From positions 189,891 to 253,890 of the forward strand of contig RDEW01000037.1 of NCBI GenBank assembly GCA_011109175.1: 64,000 nt of DNA. Direction: 5' to 3'. The position numbers were made by a program, and so were the translations under genes. Shown one piece after another: positions 36,106-48,458 of the stretch (its first letter is position 1; each line of letters begins with the position of its first letter). The stretch is from Dicyema japonicum. Taxonomy: Eukaryota > Animalia > Dicyemida. Below the pieces are notes generated by a model that searched no databases, was not told the DNA's origin, and was given only the letters and a program-made list of their open reading frames with translations.

Positions 36106-39100
36106 ATGAGTGGTGGTTGATTCTGTTGGCTTATATTATAGATAGCGAGGACTTATTCGGAGATGAAATTGGAGAATACACAGGTTTTAATAATTAATGG
36201 AAATAGAAATTAACATAACCAATAATAAAATGACTAATTATCAGGAATCTGAGAATATTGAGCAAAAGGGTAATGGAGATGATTTAAAAAAGGTATTTAT
36301 AGCCACGAAATTACAACACAAGAACAAGATATTCATGATGAATCATTCGGTAAATAATTATATTTAAAAGTAGAACAACAAAATGATATCATAGAATATT
36401 TACAAAACAAGGAACCAGAGATAACTGTATTTGAAGAAACTAATGTATGTGGAGAATATTTACAATACAAGGAACCTGAGGTGACTGTATTAGAAGAAAC
36501 TAATGTATGTGGAGAATATTCACAATATTTGATCTTTGAAAGTGAGAGTGGAGGTAATTTAATTACTTATTAAAAGATTTTGTTGACCATCATGAAGAAA
36601 ATATGCAAGGAATGTTAGATATGAAAAGTTAGTCAATAATATTCTAATAGATTTAGCTGATTGTCTCACAGATAATATAGAACCTAGTGAACTAATTAAT
36701 ATTGATGACTTGGGTGATGGAGATGGTCAAAGTTGTGAAGTTGAGGAGACCGTTAAAACAGATATAGGAGGTTTTACGGATTTAACTTAATATTAGATGA
36801 GATTCAGGGTGATCAGTCAACACAATTATGTAGGCTTTTAAATTTAAGTGAAGTTTTGGAAGGCAAAGAAACAGAATTAACTGATAACCTATCTAATAAG
36901 GGATCAGACGAAAATGAGATTACATCTCACTTTGGAGACAAGACTGAGGGTATTCATAATACGTGATTACAGATTGTGGAGAAAGTCAAGAGTCAACTAA
37001 TATATTGTATGATAAAGATGTTGAGGAATGTAGTATTTCTAATCGATATTCATCAGAAGTGGAGACTCAATCCGATCATTCGAGTAAATTTAATAAATTT
37101 TTTTAAGAAAATGACGATAAAGATACGATTTTACCAGAAACGGGAAATATTCCTTCCCAAGAACCAGAAAAGCAGGGGGAGGAAGTAATACTAGAAAGTT
37201 TTAGTGCGGCCACTGAAGAATCTAAAATTGAAAAGTCAACTGGAGAGTGTTATTTGGTTTGTTTATTAAAAGACGAGGTTCAATGTCAAGATGTTATTCA
37301 AGAAAAGTCTTTCCAAAGTTGTGATCAATATATTTTGTAGATCTTTTAGAAAATGAGAATAATCTCGTGGATTCTGGTAACTCTAGTATATTAAAATAGT
37401 CCACAAAGATGACTCTGAAATAAATTCATTAAAATTGCCACCAGAATGTGAATCAAACAATAATCCAGGTATTTTAAATTATAAATAATTTGACGAATTG
37501 GAAGAAATTATTGAATTATCAGAAAAGAAAACGGAACATGTCCAACTTTGCGACCAATATGATTTTATTCAAGTTGGAGAGTGTCCAGAGGGAGAAACCG
37601 AATTTGTTACTGGTAATCTTTATAACTTAAGAAACTGAATCCCAACCAAATTATGAAAATATGCAAGAATGTGTTAACATTGAAAGTGTTCAGCTTGATA
37701 TGGTGGTCCCAGGTTTTTATTATTTTAATTGGATGTAGCGAAGGACGTACAAGTTAGAATAACAACCGATAACCAAGTGAACCTAGAAGAGTTATCTGAG
37801 AATTTGGTAGAACAAGATGGTCGTCTTCGGTTTAAACTTTAGATAAACCGAAAATCATAGTGGATGACGAATCCTGCCAAAGTGGAGAACGTAATCAATA
37901 TTTTTAATGATAGAACCCCTTCCTAAACTCGAATCTTCTTATCTTGAGGTGAATGTCGAACAGGAAGACAATATCTCTGGTTTTGGGCAATTTTAACTGG
38001 ATCTAGATTCTGTTCACGAGCCAATAAATCTCGAAGTAATCGTAAATGTAGAATCAAAACAATCTACTGAAATCTTGGAATTTGGTAAAGCAACGGAAGT
38101 TTCCGGTATTTACGATTAAAATATTTGAGGCGAAGGAGTACAAAGTCACTCAGATCCTCAGGTTTGTGTAAGCAAGGATACGTTCGGTAGTAAATTTGGT
38201 GATCCGCTAGTAATCTACGAGGAAAAGGGGAAATTTGGTATTCTATTTATTGTATAGTACAGATATTGCTGAATTCACGGAAAGCTCATTTTCTGAACAA
38301 AATAAAATTGAAAATTTCCAAAGTTTTAATTATTTATAACTATTAGGTGTTATAATGGAATACAACAAAGTCATGGGGTTAGAAAGTTCTCCTGATTTAA
38401 GGGAGTCATTGGAAAATATTGGTTTTTTGTGGAATAAGAATCCATAGTTGAACGTCCAGAAATAAGTACTGAAGAAGCCGTCGTTGATGGATTGCATAAA
38501 TTTGATGAAAGTCAGCAAAGTTTTTATTTTATTTAAAGAATCGGAAATAAACCAAGAACCTGCAGATGAGAAAGGTAACTGTTCCTTAATTTGTAGAACC
38601 TCCCACTGAAACTCTAAAAGAATATCAAGTCCTTTTAGAACCCCAGTTAGAAGCAAAAACTGAAATGCATTATTTCGAAGGGATTCCTGAGACCAATATT
38701 TCAGAGATAAATATTGAAACATCTCATGATCTCACCTGGAACAGTGATAGTTCTTCGTCCGGAGTTATCGATCCTTTAATTATGCAAGGTATTTTTGTAT
38801 GAAACCTTTTTAGAGACGATCTGTGGTGTCTCGGGAGAACTTCAAACTGGTTTGATTTAATTTTACTTTATTAGCTCGAAATGTGACCTTAGATTTCAAT
38901 AAAGTTAGAAAATATTTATTTTTAGCTTTCTTCATGTCGTTTGTTGATTGTGGGAACTAATAATTGTGGCAAGTCGTCCCTTATCACGGATATGGCAGAA
39001 TTTCCCGAATCTATGGAAAATTTCAAGGTGATTAGTCTAAATATTTTGAGTATGACTACGTCCCCTGTTCCTTCAAAGATTTCACGTTAGGGAAGATCAA

Positions 39101-39602
39101 ATTTAGTGCAATAGAAATACCAAGTTGTGGGTTAAATAATTTAGGTGATCAAAACTGTTATATTTCTAACTCATCCCTTTATAAAAATGCTGACGGGTAT
39201 ATAATATGTACGGACTCAATTACATCAGGATCTATGGAGATTGTTCATAAATTGAAGGAGGCTGTGGATGATAGATTATATAATGAGGATTCTTCCCCTA
39301 AGATAAGTCTTTTGATCATCACTAAAGTTGGGGTTGTATTTTATGTTTTAGTGTGATCAAATGAATATAAATTTCCCACAAAGTAAAGAGTTGGATGATT
39401 TTTGTGACCGAGAGGGGATAACATGCGGATGGATTCACACCTCCGTTAAAAGTGGACACAATGTGAAGAATGCCTTCTATCGAATCATTTCTGAGGTATC
39501 CTTATGTTTAGTTTTCAGTTGTTACAGACAAATGTCCTCGGTCGAGAATTCGCTGAAAGTATTATCTCAGAAAATTTACCAACGAAGGGAAAATGTTGTT
39601 AA
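36106..39602 (+). CDS. Giant Rab32/38-like GTPase with a ~700-aa acidic low-complexity N-terminal arm, about 32 micro-introns
   Basis: Manual splicing gives a continuous E/D/N/S-rich frame running into GTNNCGKSS, YKNADG, TKCDQ, LDDFCDREGITCGWIHTSVKSGHNV and a C-terminal CC prenylation motif (stop TAA 39600-39602). Start codon and a few acceptors are uncertain. Confidence 0.8.
36394..36528 (+). repeat. 60-nt coding tandem repeat (about 2.25 units, EYLQNKEPEITVFEETNVCG)
   Basis: Units begin at 36394, 36454 and 36514 and differ by several substitutions. Confidence 0.9.
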
Positions 39603-39829
39603 GTTTCATTACTTTATTCAGTTATTTCATTTATTCACTAACAAAATATATTATTATGAATAATTACTGAACACAATTTTTATTAAAGTTTCACCTTCTG
39701 TGGAGGGGTTGCTCAGTTTACTTTGGTCATCCCAGCATATATAGTCAATATAAATGGACTTTTGTAATATAAGTCCATACTCATTTGTGATCTAAATAAT
39801 ATTTATACCAATGAAAATCATTCAACACA

Positions 39830-40490
39830 GACGCGGGAGCGTTTTGACAATTGACCCAAAAAAATTAACAACGCAGGTAGTCTCGCAGGCTATCAAGAAT
39901 GCCCTGGAATGGTTGGCCATATTTGGCGGAGCTCTACAGTGGCAGATTCAGTATTGTAATATGAGCTCAAGAAAACAACTGTAGACAATGAGGGTCAGAG
40001 GAGTATGGCCATATTTGGCGGAGCTCTACAGTGGCAGATTCAGTATTGTAATATGAGCTCAAGAAAACAACTGTAGACAATGAGGGTCAGAGGAGTAGAA
40101 CTGGTCTAAAAGGGCGGGAACCAGATGTCCTCAGCTGTCAAAGAGAGCACCAGAGCTGTTTTGGAGCTCAAGTATGTTTATGAGGTCTTTGCCAGAATCT
40201 CACTGCAGCGACAGATGTCCTCCTGAGGACCACATAGTTACCTTCAAGATCCCGTATAATATGTTAAAGGAGTATTGTTAACCTGCAACAATAAGTAAGT
40301 GGTTTATGTGGTGGAGACTAAGCCAATAGGATCATCGGGTGACATCTCCCTAATGCTGTGTGCAGCACAGATCATCTATCAACCGATAACCTGCATGCCA
40401 ACCCTGTATAAACTGATGACAATTGGTGGTTAATTAGTTCATGAGCTATGTAGAGGCCAATAGGATTTTCTCTGGGAATCAGTTAAAATT
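39830..40490 (+). mobile_element. R4/Dong-like element 5' fragment, degenerate
   Basis: Paralogous to 10190-10910, ending at TLYKLMT..EANRIFSGNQL. 92-bp duplication at 39914/40006. Confidence 0.75.
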
Positions 40491-41950
40491 CTCATTTTCC
40501 TTAGAGCACAAGTTACTATATTCTCAACATGTCGGATAAAGGTGAGTCCCTGATCAAAGATGACTCCCAGAATCTTCGGTGTTTTGTTAATAGGAATAGC
40601 CTCGTTCTTTATAAAGATTTTTGGTTCGATACAGAGCTGTCTTTTGTAAGTAGTAAACAGCGTGACAGAGGACTTTATTGCTGATGCGTCGAGTTTCCGT
40701 TTCGAGAGCCATAGTTCCAGCTTGTCAAGCATTTGTTGAGCGGACTGAGTTTCTGATTGAATGCTTCTTTCCTTGGAAGCAAGAATGATATCGTCAGCAT
40801 AGTAAAGGATTAGACAGTTTTCACTACAGGTTTGTGGCATGACGTTTATGTAGAGATTGAAAAAAAGCTGGCGATAGTGGGGATCCTTGAGGGACTCCAT
40901 TTGATATGAGACGGGATTTTGACTTTATTGCAAATCACTTGTCACGTCTCCCCACTAAAGAAATGGCAATCCATAGTTTTATGTTTGTGTGGATGCATGT
41001 ATCGTAAATTTTATCAATAAAAAGTTTTCTCGAGACTGTGTAGAAAGCCTTTGTTATATCAACAGAGAACAAGACTGTTCGTTGGTGTGGTTTAGTGGAA
41101 TTGAATCCCTCCGCAATGAACTGGCACATGGACGTTAGGTATGTTGCTGTGGAGTGTTTAGCCCGGAATCCATGTTGGAAAGGAAAGAGCGGAATGTAGT
41201 TCATAATCCGGAATAATGTTCATATTTATTGATATTGTGAATATGTCATCAATTAAATCTAAAGCAAAAGGTCCTAGATGATTTAGTTCCGCTGTAGAAA
41301 TATTATCTGGACCTCGGGCTTTGGAGTTTCGGGCCTTTGATATTGCCCACTGGACGTCCTTTGCCGTAAATATGGTCAACACGTATGATCCTTTCGGTTT
41401 TATTCTGTTTAAGAGTACTTGGTGTTCTTTGGAGTGGTTTTTATGTGCTATGGAAGCATAGCATTTCATTAAGGTTTTTGGTTGTAATGATTTCCCATTT
41501 TGCGGTTCATCAAAAGACCTTTTGATAGACTTGATTCTGTTCCAGACCTTGTGTACTGACGGATTTTCTGTTATGGCTTTTGATAGTTCTGTCCAGCGTT
41601 TCTCGTTTTTTTACTAATAAATTTGTTAATATCCTTGTTTAGTGTACGAATTCTTATTATATCCTCCTTCGACGGTATGTTCTTTTTCTTTAAATAGTTT
41701 CTTTCTTTGACTAAATGTTTGGCTGTTTAATTGAATCGCCTGTTTGTCGGTTGTCTTCCCATTGAAATATATAATTTTCTAGCTTCTTGAATGAACGAAG
41801 AGAACTGCTTTATGATGTTGTTTAGTGATGAGGCAGCATGTAATTTTGATAACTTAATCCGCATGTCAATATAGCTCGCAAATCTTGGCCAGTCAGCAAG
41901 GTTATAATTTATCAAAGTAGTGAGTGACCTTCGATAATTTGATCTTGTTT
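40490..41950 (-). mobile_element. Jockey/I-like LINE (linker plus RT), decayed
   Basis: SKARGPDNI, FQHGFRAKHST, VDITKAF, LYYADD and KILGVIFDQGLTF. Confidence 0.85.
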
Positions 41951-41953
41951 TTA

Positions 41954-43835
41954 CAGTCAAACCCCTCTAAACCGATTCCTCTCGGGACCGACATAATTGT
42001 CCGGTATTGAGGGGAGGCCTGTATATTGAACAAGTCATTACTTATAACAAAAAAGTGAAACAGTAAAATTAATAGAAATCTGTCAATAAGGATTGCCTCG
42101 AATTTTTCGATTCAGCAATCGCTTTATTGTTCAGATAGATCAGTCTGTTGACGGGATCGAGTAATGCAGAGTCTTGAGTGCAAGCAAAGTGGCAGATTTG
42201 GTCTAGCATTTGTTGAACATTTGTGCGTGTTAATTTCTCTATATGTTTTGGCTCTGTTTACATATCAGAATCTGAGTCACTGTCATAATCTTTAGAAGCT
42301 GAGACTGTTTGATATCGCTCACTAGGATGATTGATTCCCAATCTTTGGGATTTCCAAGTCTAAGTCGACAAATTTGTCTTCTGTCATTAGATTATCGACT
42401 AGTCTATTCATGAGGGTATGAACAGTAAATTGTTTTCAGGATTGTCGTTTATATATATATTTTGACTGGAATGCCACACTTATTAAAGCAGAGGGAGATT
42501 GTGTTTGATTTCACGTCCATCCAAGCTGTGCTAATCCACCGGATAGAAAGAAATTTATTGCAAGTTGTGTCGCATTGGTTTATATGTCTATTTTGGCAAG
42601 AAGTTGAGTCATTAGTAGTCTTCTGTATCTTTCTTTAAATGACCAAATAATTCCTTGATCCAGAGGCTGTATGCCACTCGTTGTGTTAGCTGTAAGAAAT
42701 TTGAGTTCCACGTTGGAATATTTTACGCTTAATGAATGTGATGCTGCATTATCCAAAAACATAATAATTTTAGCATGTTCACATCTTGCAACCATTTTGA
42801 AAACAATTTTGATGTCATCCAGGCTGTAACGTTGGAGCAGTAAATAACAGGTAACTCATTCAGATTAATATTCTTTAAACATCTGGGTTTTCGAGACTTG
42901 CCAATTACAATTGGCTTTAGCTTTTCTCCTGTCGAACTGCAAGCAAGCATTACAGTAAGACGTTCCTTCGACTTCTTTGATCCACTGTGATGATTACCTT
43001 TTACTGATAGTGCTTTATCAGGAAGGGCACGATAGAATAGTCCGGTTTCGTCGCAGTTAAATATATCCTCTGGTCGACATCCTTCAATTAGAAAAGGTAC
43101 ACGTTCTATCCAGTCAGAAACAACATCACTGTTAACATTTGCTTTTTCACCACTGATACAGGATTGAGTAACGAGACTTCCATCTGCATAACCAGCCAGT
43201 GGAAGCTTTAAAATCATTTTCGCCCAGTGCTTTAGCAAACTCTGTAGATTTAGCGATAATAATTGGTGAAACAAAAGTTTTTGGAACGTGCTATCTGGAA
43301 CTACTCCCAAGTGATTTTATTCAAATTTTCAAATTTGCAGTTGTTGTCAAAACGTTTTTTAGCAGAATTTGCGTTGTTATTGAATAATTCCAAATAAATA
43401 TTAGCCTTTTTAAGTATGTCTGATACAGTGCTGCATCCAACTCCATACTTCTTGCTGAGAAATTTTTGTGTCGGCTTAGGTGTTTGGTTCGATTCATTTA
43501 TTATTTGAATTTTCTTCTTTAAAGACAATTCGCAACGTAATCGTTTTCTTTGCTATCATCTTTTAGTTTTTGATTTTCTGTCGAGTTGTTCGCAATTCAG
43601 GGTTAAAGACGATTAATAGGATTAGATCAAAGATTGATGTCAGAAGGCCGGTTTATGATAAAAGAAAATTCAAGTTGGGACCACAAAATACGGCCGGTAT
43701 TCGGAATAGAGGAAATCCGGTATATCGAAGATGAAATAGCAGTGATGGCCTATGAGGTGAATCGGAACCATAAGTTTAGTCCGGTTTAAAGGGAATTCCG
43801 ATATACCGAGGAGTCGGTTTATAGGGGTTTGACTG
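41954..43835 (-). mobile_element. Full-length Tigger/pogo DNA transposon (1882 bp) with frameshifted transposase
   Basis: TIRs cagtcaaacccct[c/a]taaaccga[t/c]tcctc at both ends, TA at 41952-41953 and 43836-43837, HTH-psq (SLKKKIQII..YGVGCSTVSDI), FNCDETGLFY, LDNAASH and QPLDQGII. Confidence 0.93.
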
Positions 43836-44279
43836 TATTCCTTCTCCGTGAAATAAGTTAATTGATCCCTTTTCGGTTTTCTTAGCGGAGGTTTGGTTGG
43901 GTCAGTCCTCGTGGTTTTTGTGAGAGATTTTCGCATAGTATTTTATTATGGTTTAGGTTTTTTTGGCTGAATTTGTCATATCCGGGTGTCCTCTCATTCA
44001 CCTTCGAGATATTTCGAATAGTCTTCCAGACTTCGGATGTTGACCGGTTATGTTTTAATGACGTAAGAACCATCTTCCATTTAGCTCTCNTTTGCGCTAA
44101 ATTTCGAAAATTTATAAGGGAAAAATTTTCAAAAATGGAAAAAAAGTCAAGTATTGAAAAAATTTTTAAAAATTAAAAGATGCTAGTAGTATCACAAAAA
44201 TGCGATATAAACTAAAAAAAGACAACTTGACTTTTTTTCCGCTTGACCTTTTTTCCACTTGACTTTTTTTCCGCACTCC

Positions 44280-44745
44280 GCTAAAGGTACCCAATTCTTC
44301 GATTAGCATATCTCCCAGCCTGTTTGACGTCTGACCTCTCAGCCAGCACGGATGTTTTATATTTAGGTCACCGCAAAAAAGAACGTTTTTTAGTGAGCTG
44401 ATGGACGAAAGTTTTGGGAAAGTGGCTGATGATGAAGGAGGTATATATGAATTGATCAGAGTAAGACGTAACCTTGCTTCATAATGGGATCCCGTTTCGT
44501 ATGATAGTTAGTAAGCCTCCCCCAGGTTTTCCACATCTATCTTTGCGTAAACTGAGTATCCAGGAAATTTTGGAGTTGTGTTCGCACTTCTGAGTTTGGA
44601 TTCTTATAATAAAACCCTGTTCAGGATTCTCGACTCCACCGGACTCGTCCTCTCCCTTGTCTGTCTGGGATCACTTAGTTAGTTGAGAACTTTTTATTTC
44701 TTTTTCTTTGACCCAGTGATCCTGGAAGTAATAACAATAATAATG
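44280..44745 (+). mobile_element. Jockey/I-like LINE 3' end with (TAA)n tail
   Basis: 3' UTR matches 6686-6805. Confidence 0.7.
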
Positions 44746-45636
44746 TTTGGAACCATTGAGTCACCGCCTCAATGAACGGTTTGAGCAAACAACAATTCAT
44801 TGGAGGATGTTTTTTTCAGTACAAATCACATTTTCTTTATCGATGACATGAAGGCGTATGCTCAAACAGCTGAGGAGCTTTACTCCATGAGGGTCTCCGC
44901 TAGAGATTTCTTTGAGAGTATAGGCCTAGATTTGAAATATTCCAAGTCTGCGACTAACACGCAAGTATGTAGCGAGTTAGTAAGAGTCCTAGAGAAACAC
45001 AGGATATAAGTATCTGGGTGTTACCGAAACTCCAAAGTCCCTTATAATGACTGAGACAAAGCGACACATTACTGAAGGCATCCGTAGAAGAGCAGCGTTA
45101 TTATGTAAGACGTCTCTAAATGCGAGGAATTTGTTATAATGAGAGACTATATTTACCCTGTGAGAAATTCGGTCGTAGACTGTGTGGAGTAGTCCTACCA
45201 AGTGAGCGTATTCTTATGACACCCGGATAGCTGGGTCAAGTGTGTCTGTAAGAAGCACGCCATAATAAAGACCTAGAAAACACGGGCAACTCTCCTAGAC
45301 ACTATCAGACCTTTTTGTTACTAAGTATGATGATGGAGGGATAGTAAATGTGAAGGCGTTGATCGAAATACAAAAAATTAATTAGAACTTAAAAAGCTCT
45401 TCGGAGCATTTGACAACCCACACATCGACCTTAAGTTGTCGACAACTTGGTTAAATACGACTCACTACGTATATGCAGGCCCCAATATTTTTGGGAATTG
45501 GTCAACAATTACAAGTCCCCATTGTAAGTCAAGAAGCATGTCAGTTGATTATTTGGTCACTTTGTACGGACCCATTCCTTGCCACGACTATGTGTGGAGG
45601 CATAACGAGGTAGTAAGGAGTCTTCATCTTCTATTA
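44746..45636 (+). mobile_element. R4/Dong-like element middle fragment
   Basis: LEPLSHRLN..STNHIFFIDDMKAYAQTAEEL..KYLG..DYVWRHNEVVRSLHLLL. Confidence 0.8.
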
Positions 45637-47494
45637 TTATAACCACGGGAACACAGGAAATAGGAAAAAGTTATCGTCTAATTAAGTGACCCCAGTGTCA
45701 GTGCGTCCTCCTATGTTTCGACTTTGCAATCTTATATGATCATCCAAAAGGGGAAGGTTTGATTTCAAATTTGCGAGCATACTTCTGGTAGGCAAGAGAC
45801 TCATCTTCAAGAAGCTACTAGAAGATCGCACAATTTTCAAGAATTTTTGTTGCTAGAGTCTTCCTCGGTACCGAATCAAACGCCTTCTCGATATCCAGAG
45901 CGACAAGTACCGTTCTTTTATGTGGTTTTGAGTAGTTCAGTCCATCCGAAATGAACTGAGTTAGTTTTGTTAGATGTGTTGAAGTTGAGTATCCCGATCT
46001 GAAGCCATGTTGGAAACTAGCAAGATCAAGCGAATGAGTAATCTTGCGGAGGATTAATTTTTCCAATGTTCTTGAAAACCCAAAAAGAATCGATATTGGA
46101 CGATAACTCCAGGGGTCGTCTAAGGCTTTGTTCTTTTTAGGTATTGGATGTATAAGTGATTTTTTTCATAATGAAAGAATCTCATTTCTATTTACTGAGT
46201 AATTGAAAATCTCAGTAAGGGCATCGATTGCCATTGGCCCAAAGTGTTTCAATTCAGTTATTGAAATGTCATCCCCCCTTTGGATTTTGTATTTTTCATG
46301 TATTTAATTGCATGAAGTACAACCAGTGGTTTGAAATATTCGATGAATGGATATTTTTTTCATGTGTTTCGATTGATGCTCCAGTTTCAATTATGGTTTG
46401 TGGCTTAAACTGACATAAAATTTCATAAGTGTGTCAGGATTAATTCCTGTTGTATGTTGTATGGGAATCTTTTCGAGTTTCCGTAGTGTTCTCCATAAGG
46501 ATGTGTCTTTGTGTGTCTATTTACAGACGTCAAAGCAGCCTCCCATTTTTTTGTTTTTATTTCTGATCCTTTTGGTAATTTCCTTATTCAGATCTGTAAT
46601 TTCAGTATTCAATGATAATGAAAGTATTGCGAGTTACATTAATCTTGTGTTTTCCCAGGATTTTCAATAGTATTGGATTGTGATCTGTGTGCGTAGATAA
46701 CGTCCCATGTAATAGTCGAAGCAATTGATGGAGCGGCAAGAGTCAGATCTGGTGAGGTTGGAGAGTCACCATTTCTTGAAGGAGTTTTTGTGTGTTTATT
46801 CCTGTTGTTAAGGATTACCAAGTCAATGTTGTCAATATAATAGATCCTCTTTGGTCCAATAGTTGATTTGTTTACCAAATTGGTCTCTTCGCGTTTAATA
46901 TATCCACAAATTATAACTTTTTTCCAATCTTGTGAACTGTTCAAGATTAGGACAATAGCCTTTATAGCATAAAGAAATTGGAGGGATATACACATTTGCT
47001 ATAGTCATTCGGAGTGAGTGTAACTTTATTTTCACTGTGAGTTGTTCTAATGGATCTTCAGTGTCCATAAAGCTTGATATGTAATTTGAAAAATCCACAA
47101 CATTAATCTGACTATGGACAATGGTAAGTAAGCCTCCACCTCTTCCAAATTTTCGGTCTTTCCGGAGCACGTAATATCCAGGAAACGTTGGAGTTGAATC
47201 TTTATGAGTAAGCTCTTGAATTAAAGCGATATCCACTAGTTGGACTGAAAAAATCGTTAAGTTCAATAATCTTTGTTCGAATTCCATTTATGTTGATTTG
47301 GGCAATAATCAATGGCGGTCCTGGATTCGGTTTGACATCGCCGGAAATAAGTAGTAATGCACGACACCATCCACGTCTCAACGAAGAAGGGATAGGGATT
47401 TTGCGGCTCTTTTTCACATAAATTGTGCAATGCCCCCACATCGTAGGTGAGCCACGCGACATTATTTTCGAATCGATAAAAAATAATGAATCCT
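45637..47494 (-). mobile_element. Internally deleted Jockey/I-like LINE nested in the R4-like element
   Basis: APE (QININGIRTK, IQE, RKDRKFGRGGGL, NVYIPP), RT piece (QHGFRSGYST, DIEKAFDSV), family 3' UTR and (TAA)n tail. TSD-like ctt[c/g]atcttcta[t/c]ta at 45622-45636 and 47495-47509. Confidence 0.8.
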
Positions 47495-47850
47495 CTTGAT
47501 CTTCTACTATGCAATAAGTATGGTATTCGTCACACCAGAAAGTTGCGGACTCATAAGGTGCAATCTGTAGTAGAGAACACCAGGGTCCAAATTAAGGTAG
47601 ACAGTGCTATCCGAACCTCGGTGCTAGTCAACCACAATAAACCGGGAATTCTAGTACACGATAAGGAGTTTAGCCAAGTCCATATAATGAAGTTAGCATT
47701 ATGTCTCAAGACTATTTGCAGACTGTGGAGATGGAGGAAAAAAAAGGAAGTATGACTTGCTTGCAAACGAGATGGAGCAGATGCTTGGTTGCAAGGTCAT
47801 CGTTATTTCAATAATAATGACGTGGGAAAGAATTGCAACAAAGTACCACA
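47495..47850 (+). mobile_element. R4/Dong-like element RLE fragment (continuation of 44746-45636)
   Basis: LLLCNKYGIRHTRKLRTHKVQSVVEN..NKPGILVHDK. Confidence 0.8.
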
Positions 47851-48170
47851 AGGGACGCCACATGTGTGGATAGCTTCTCTCCCTACAATCTTGTTATGGC
47901 AGCAACTAACCCAGCCTCTGCTTTGGAGAAGACTGACATTCTAAAGATGAAGAAATACGTATGTCTTAATGGACAGTTCATTTTTGAACCAGTCGCCATG
48001 GAAAAGTCAGGAATCATAGGAAGCAGGTCACTGATTATGCTAAACAGAATCGGATTGCTCATCGCGAAGAAAAATGATAGGAGAGAAAGGAGCTGGCTCA
48101 TTGAGAGCACATTTCCTTGCGAATCGACGAGGGAAATGAGTTCTAAATTATGAGAGCAGCCAGTAGTTTA
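47850..48170 (+). mobile_element. CRE-like 3' fragment
   Basis: DATCVDSFS..KMKKY..FEPVAMEKSG..RRERSWL. Confidence 0.75.
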
Positions 48171-48458
48171 TTTATTTTATTAACCTCAAAATCACTAAAG
48201 AGGATAAAAGCCAGTAATTGTTGACTGTTAGTTTTGTCGAATCCAGCCAGTAGTTGTTGACTGTTAGTTTTTTCATTATACAGTTTTTATTAAAAAGTAA
48301 CTCATTTATTTAGCTGGTTAACATATAATTTTATTGTTGAATGTATCATTAACTAGTGTGATCCTTGAAACTGAAGATTTTTACTCAAAATTTAAATATC
48401 AGACTTGATTCGACATAAAGTCTGATGTCACAAACTTTCAATTTATTTCGCTCACTTG

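Noticed and set aside
37469-37504. Possible non-canonical 24-nt GT-TG intron in the Rab gene
   Set aside because: A canonical 36-nt GT-AG intron in the same phase explains the frame.
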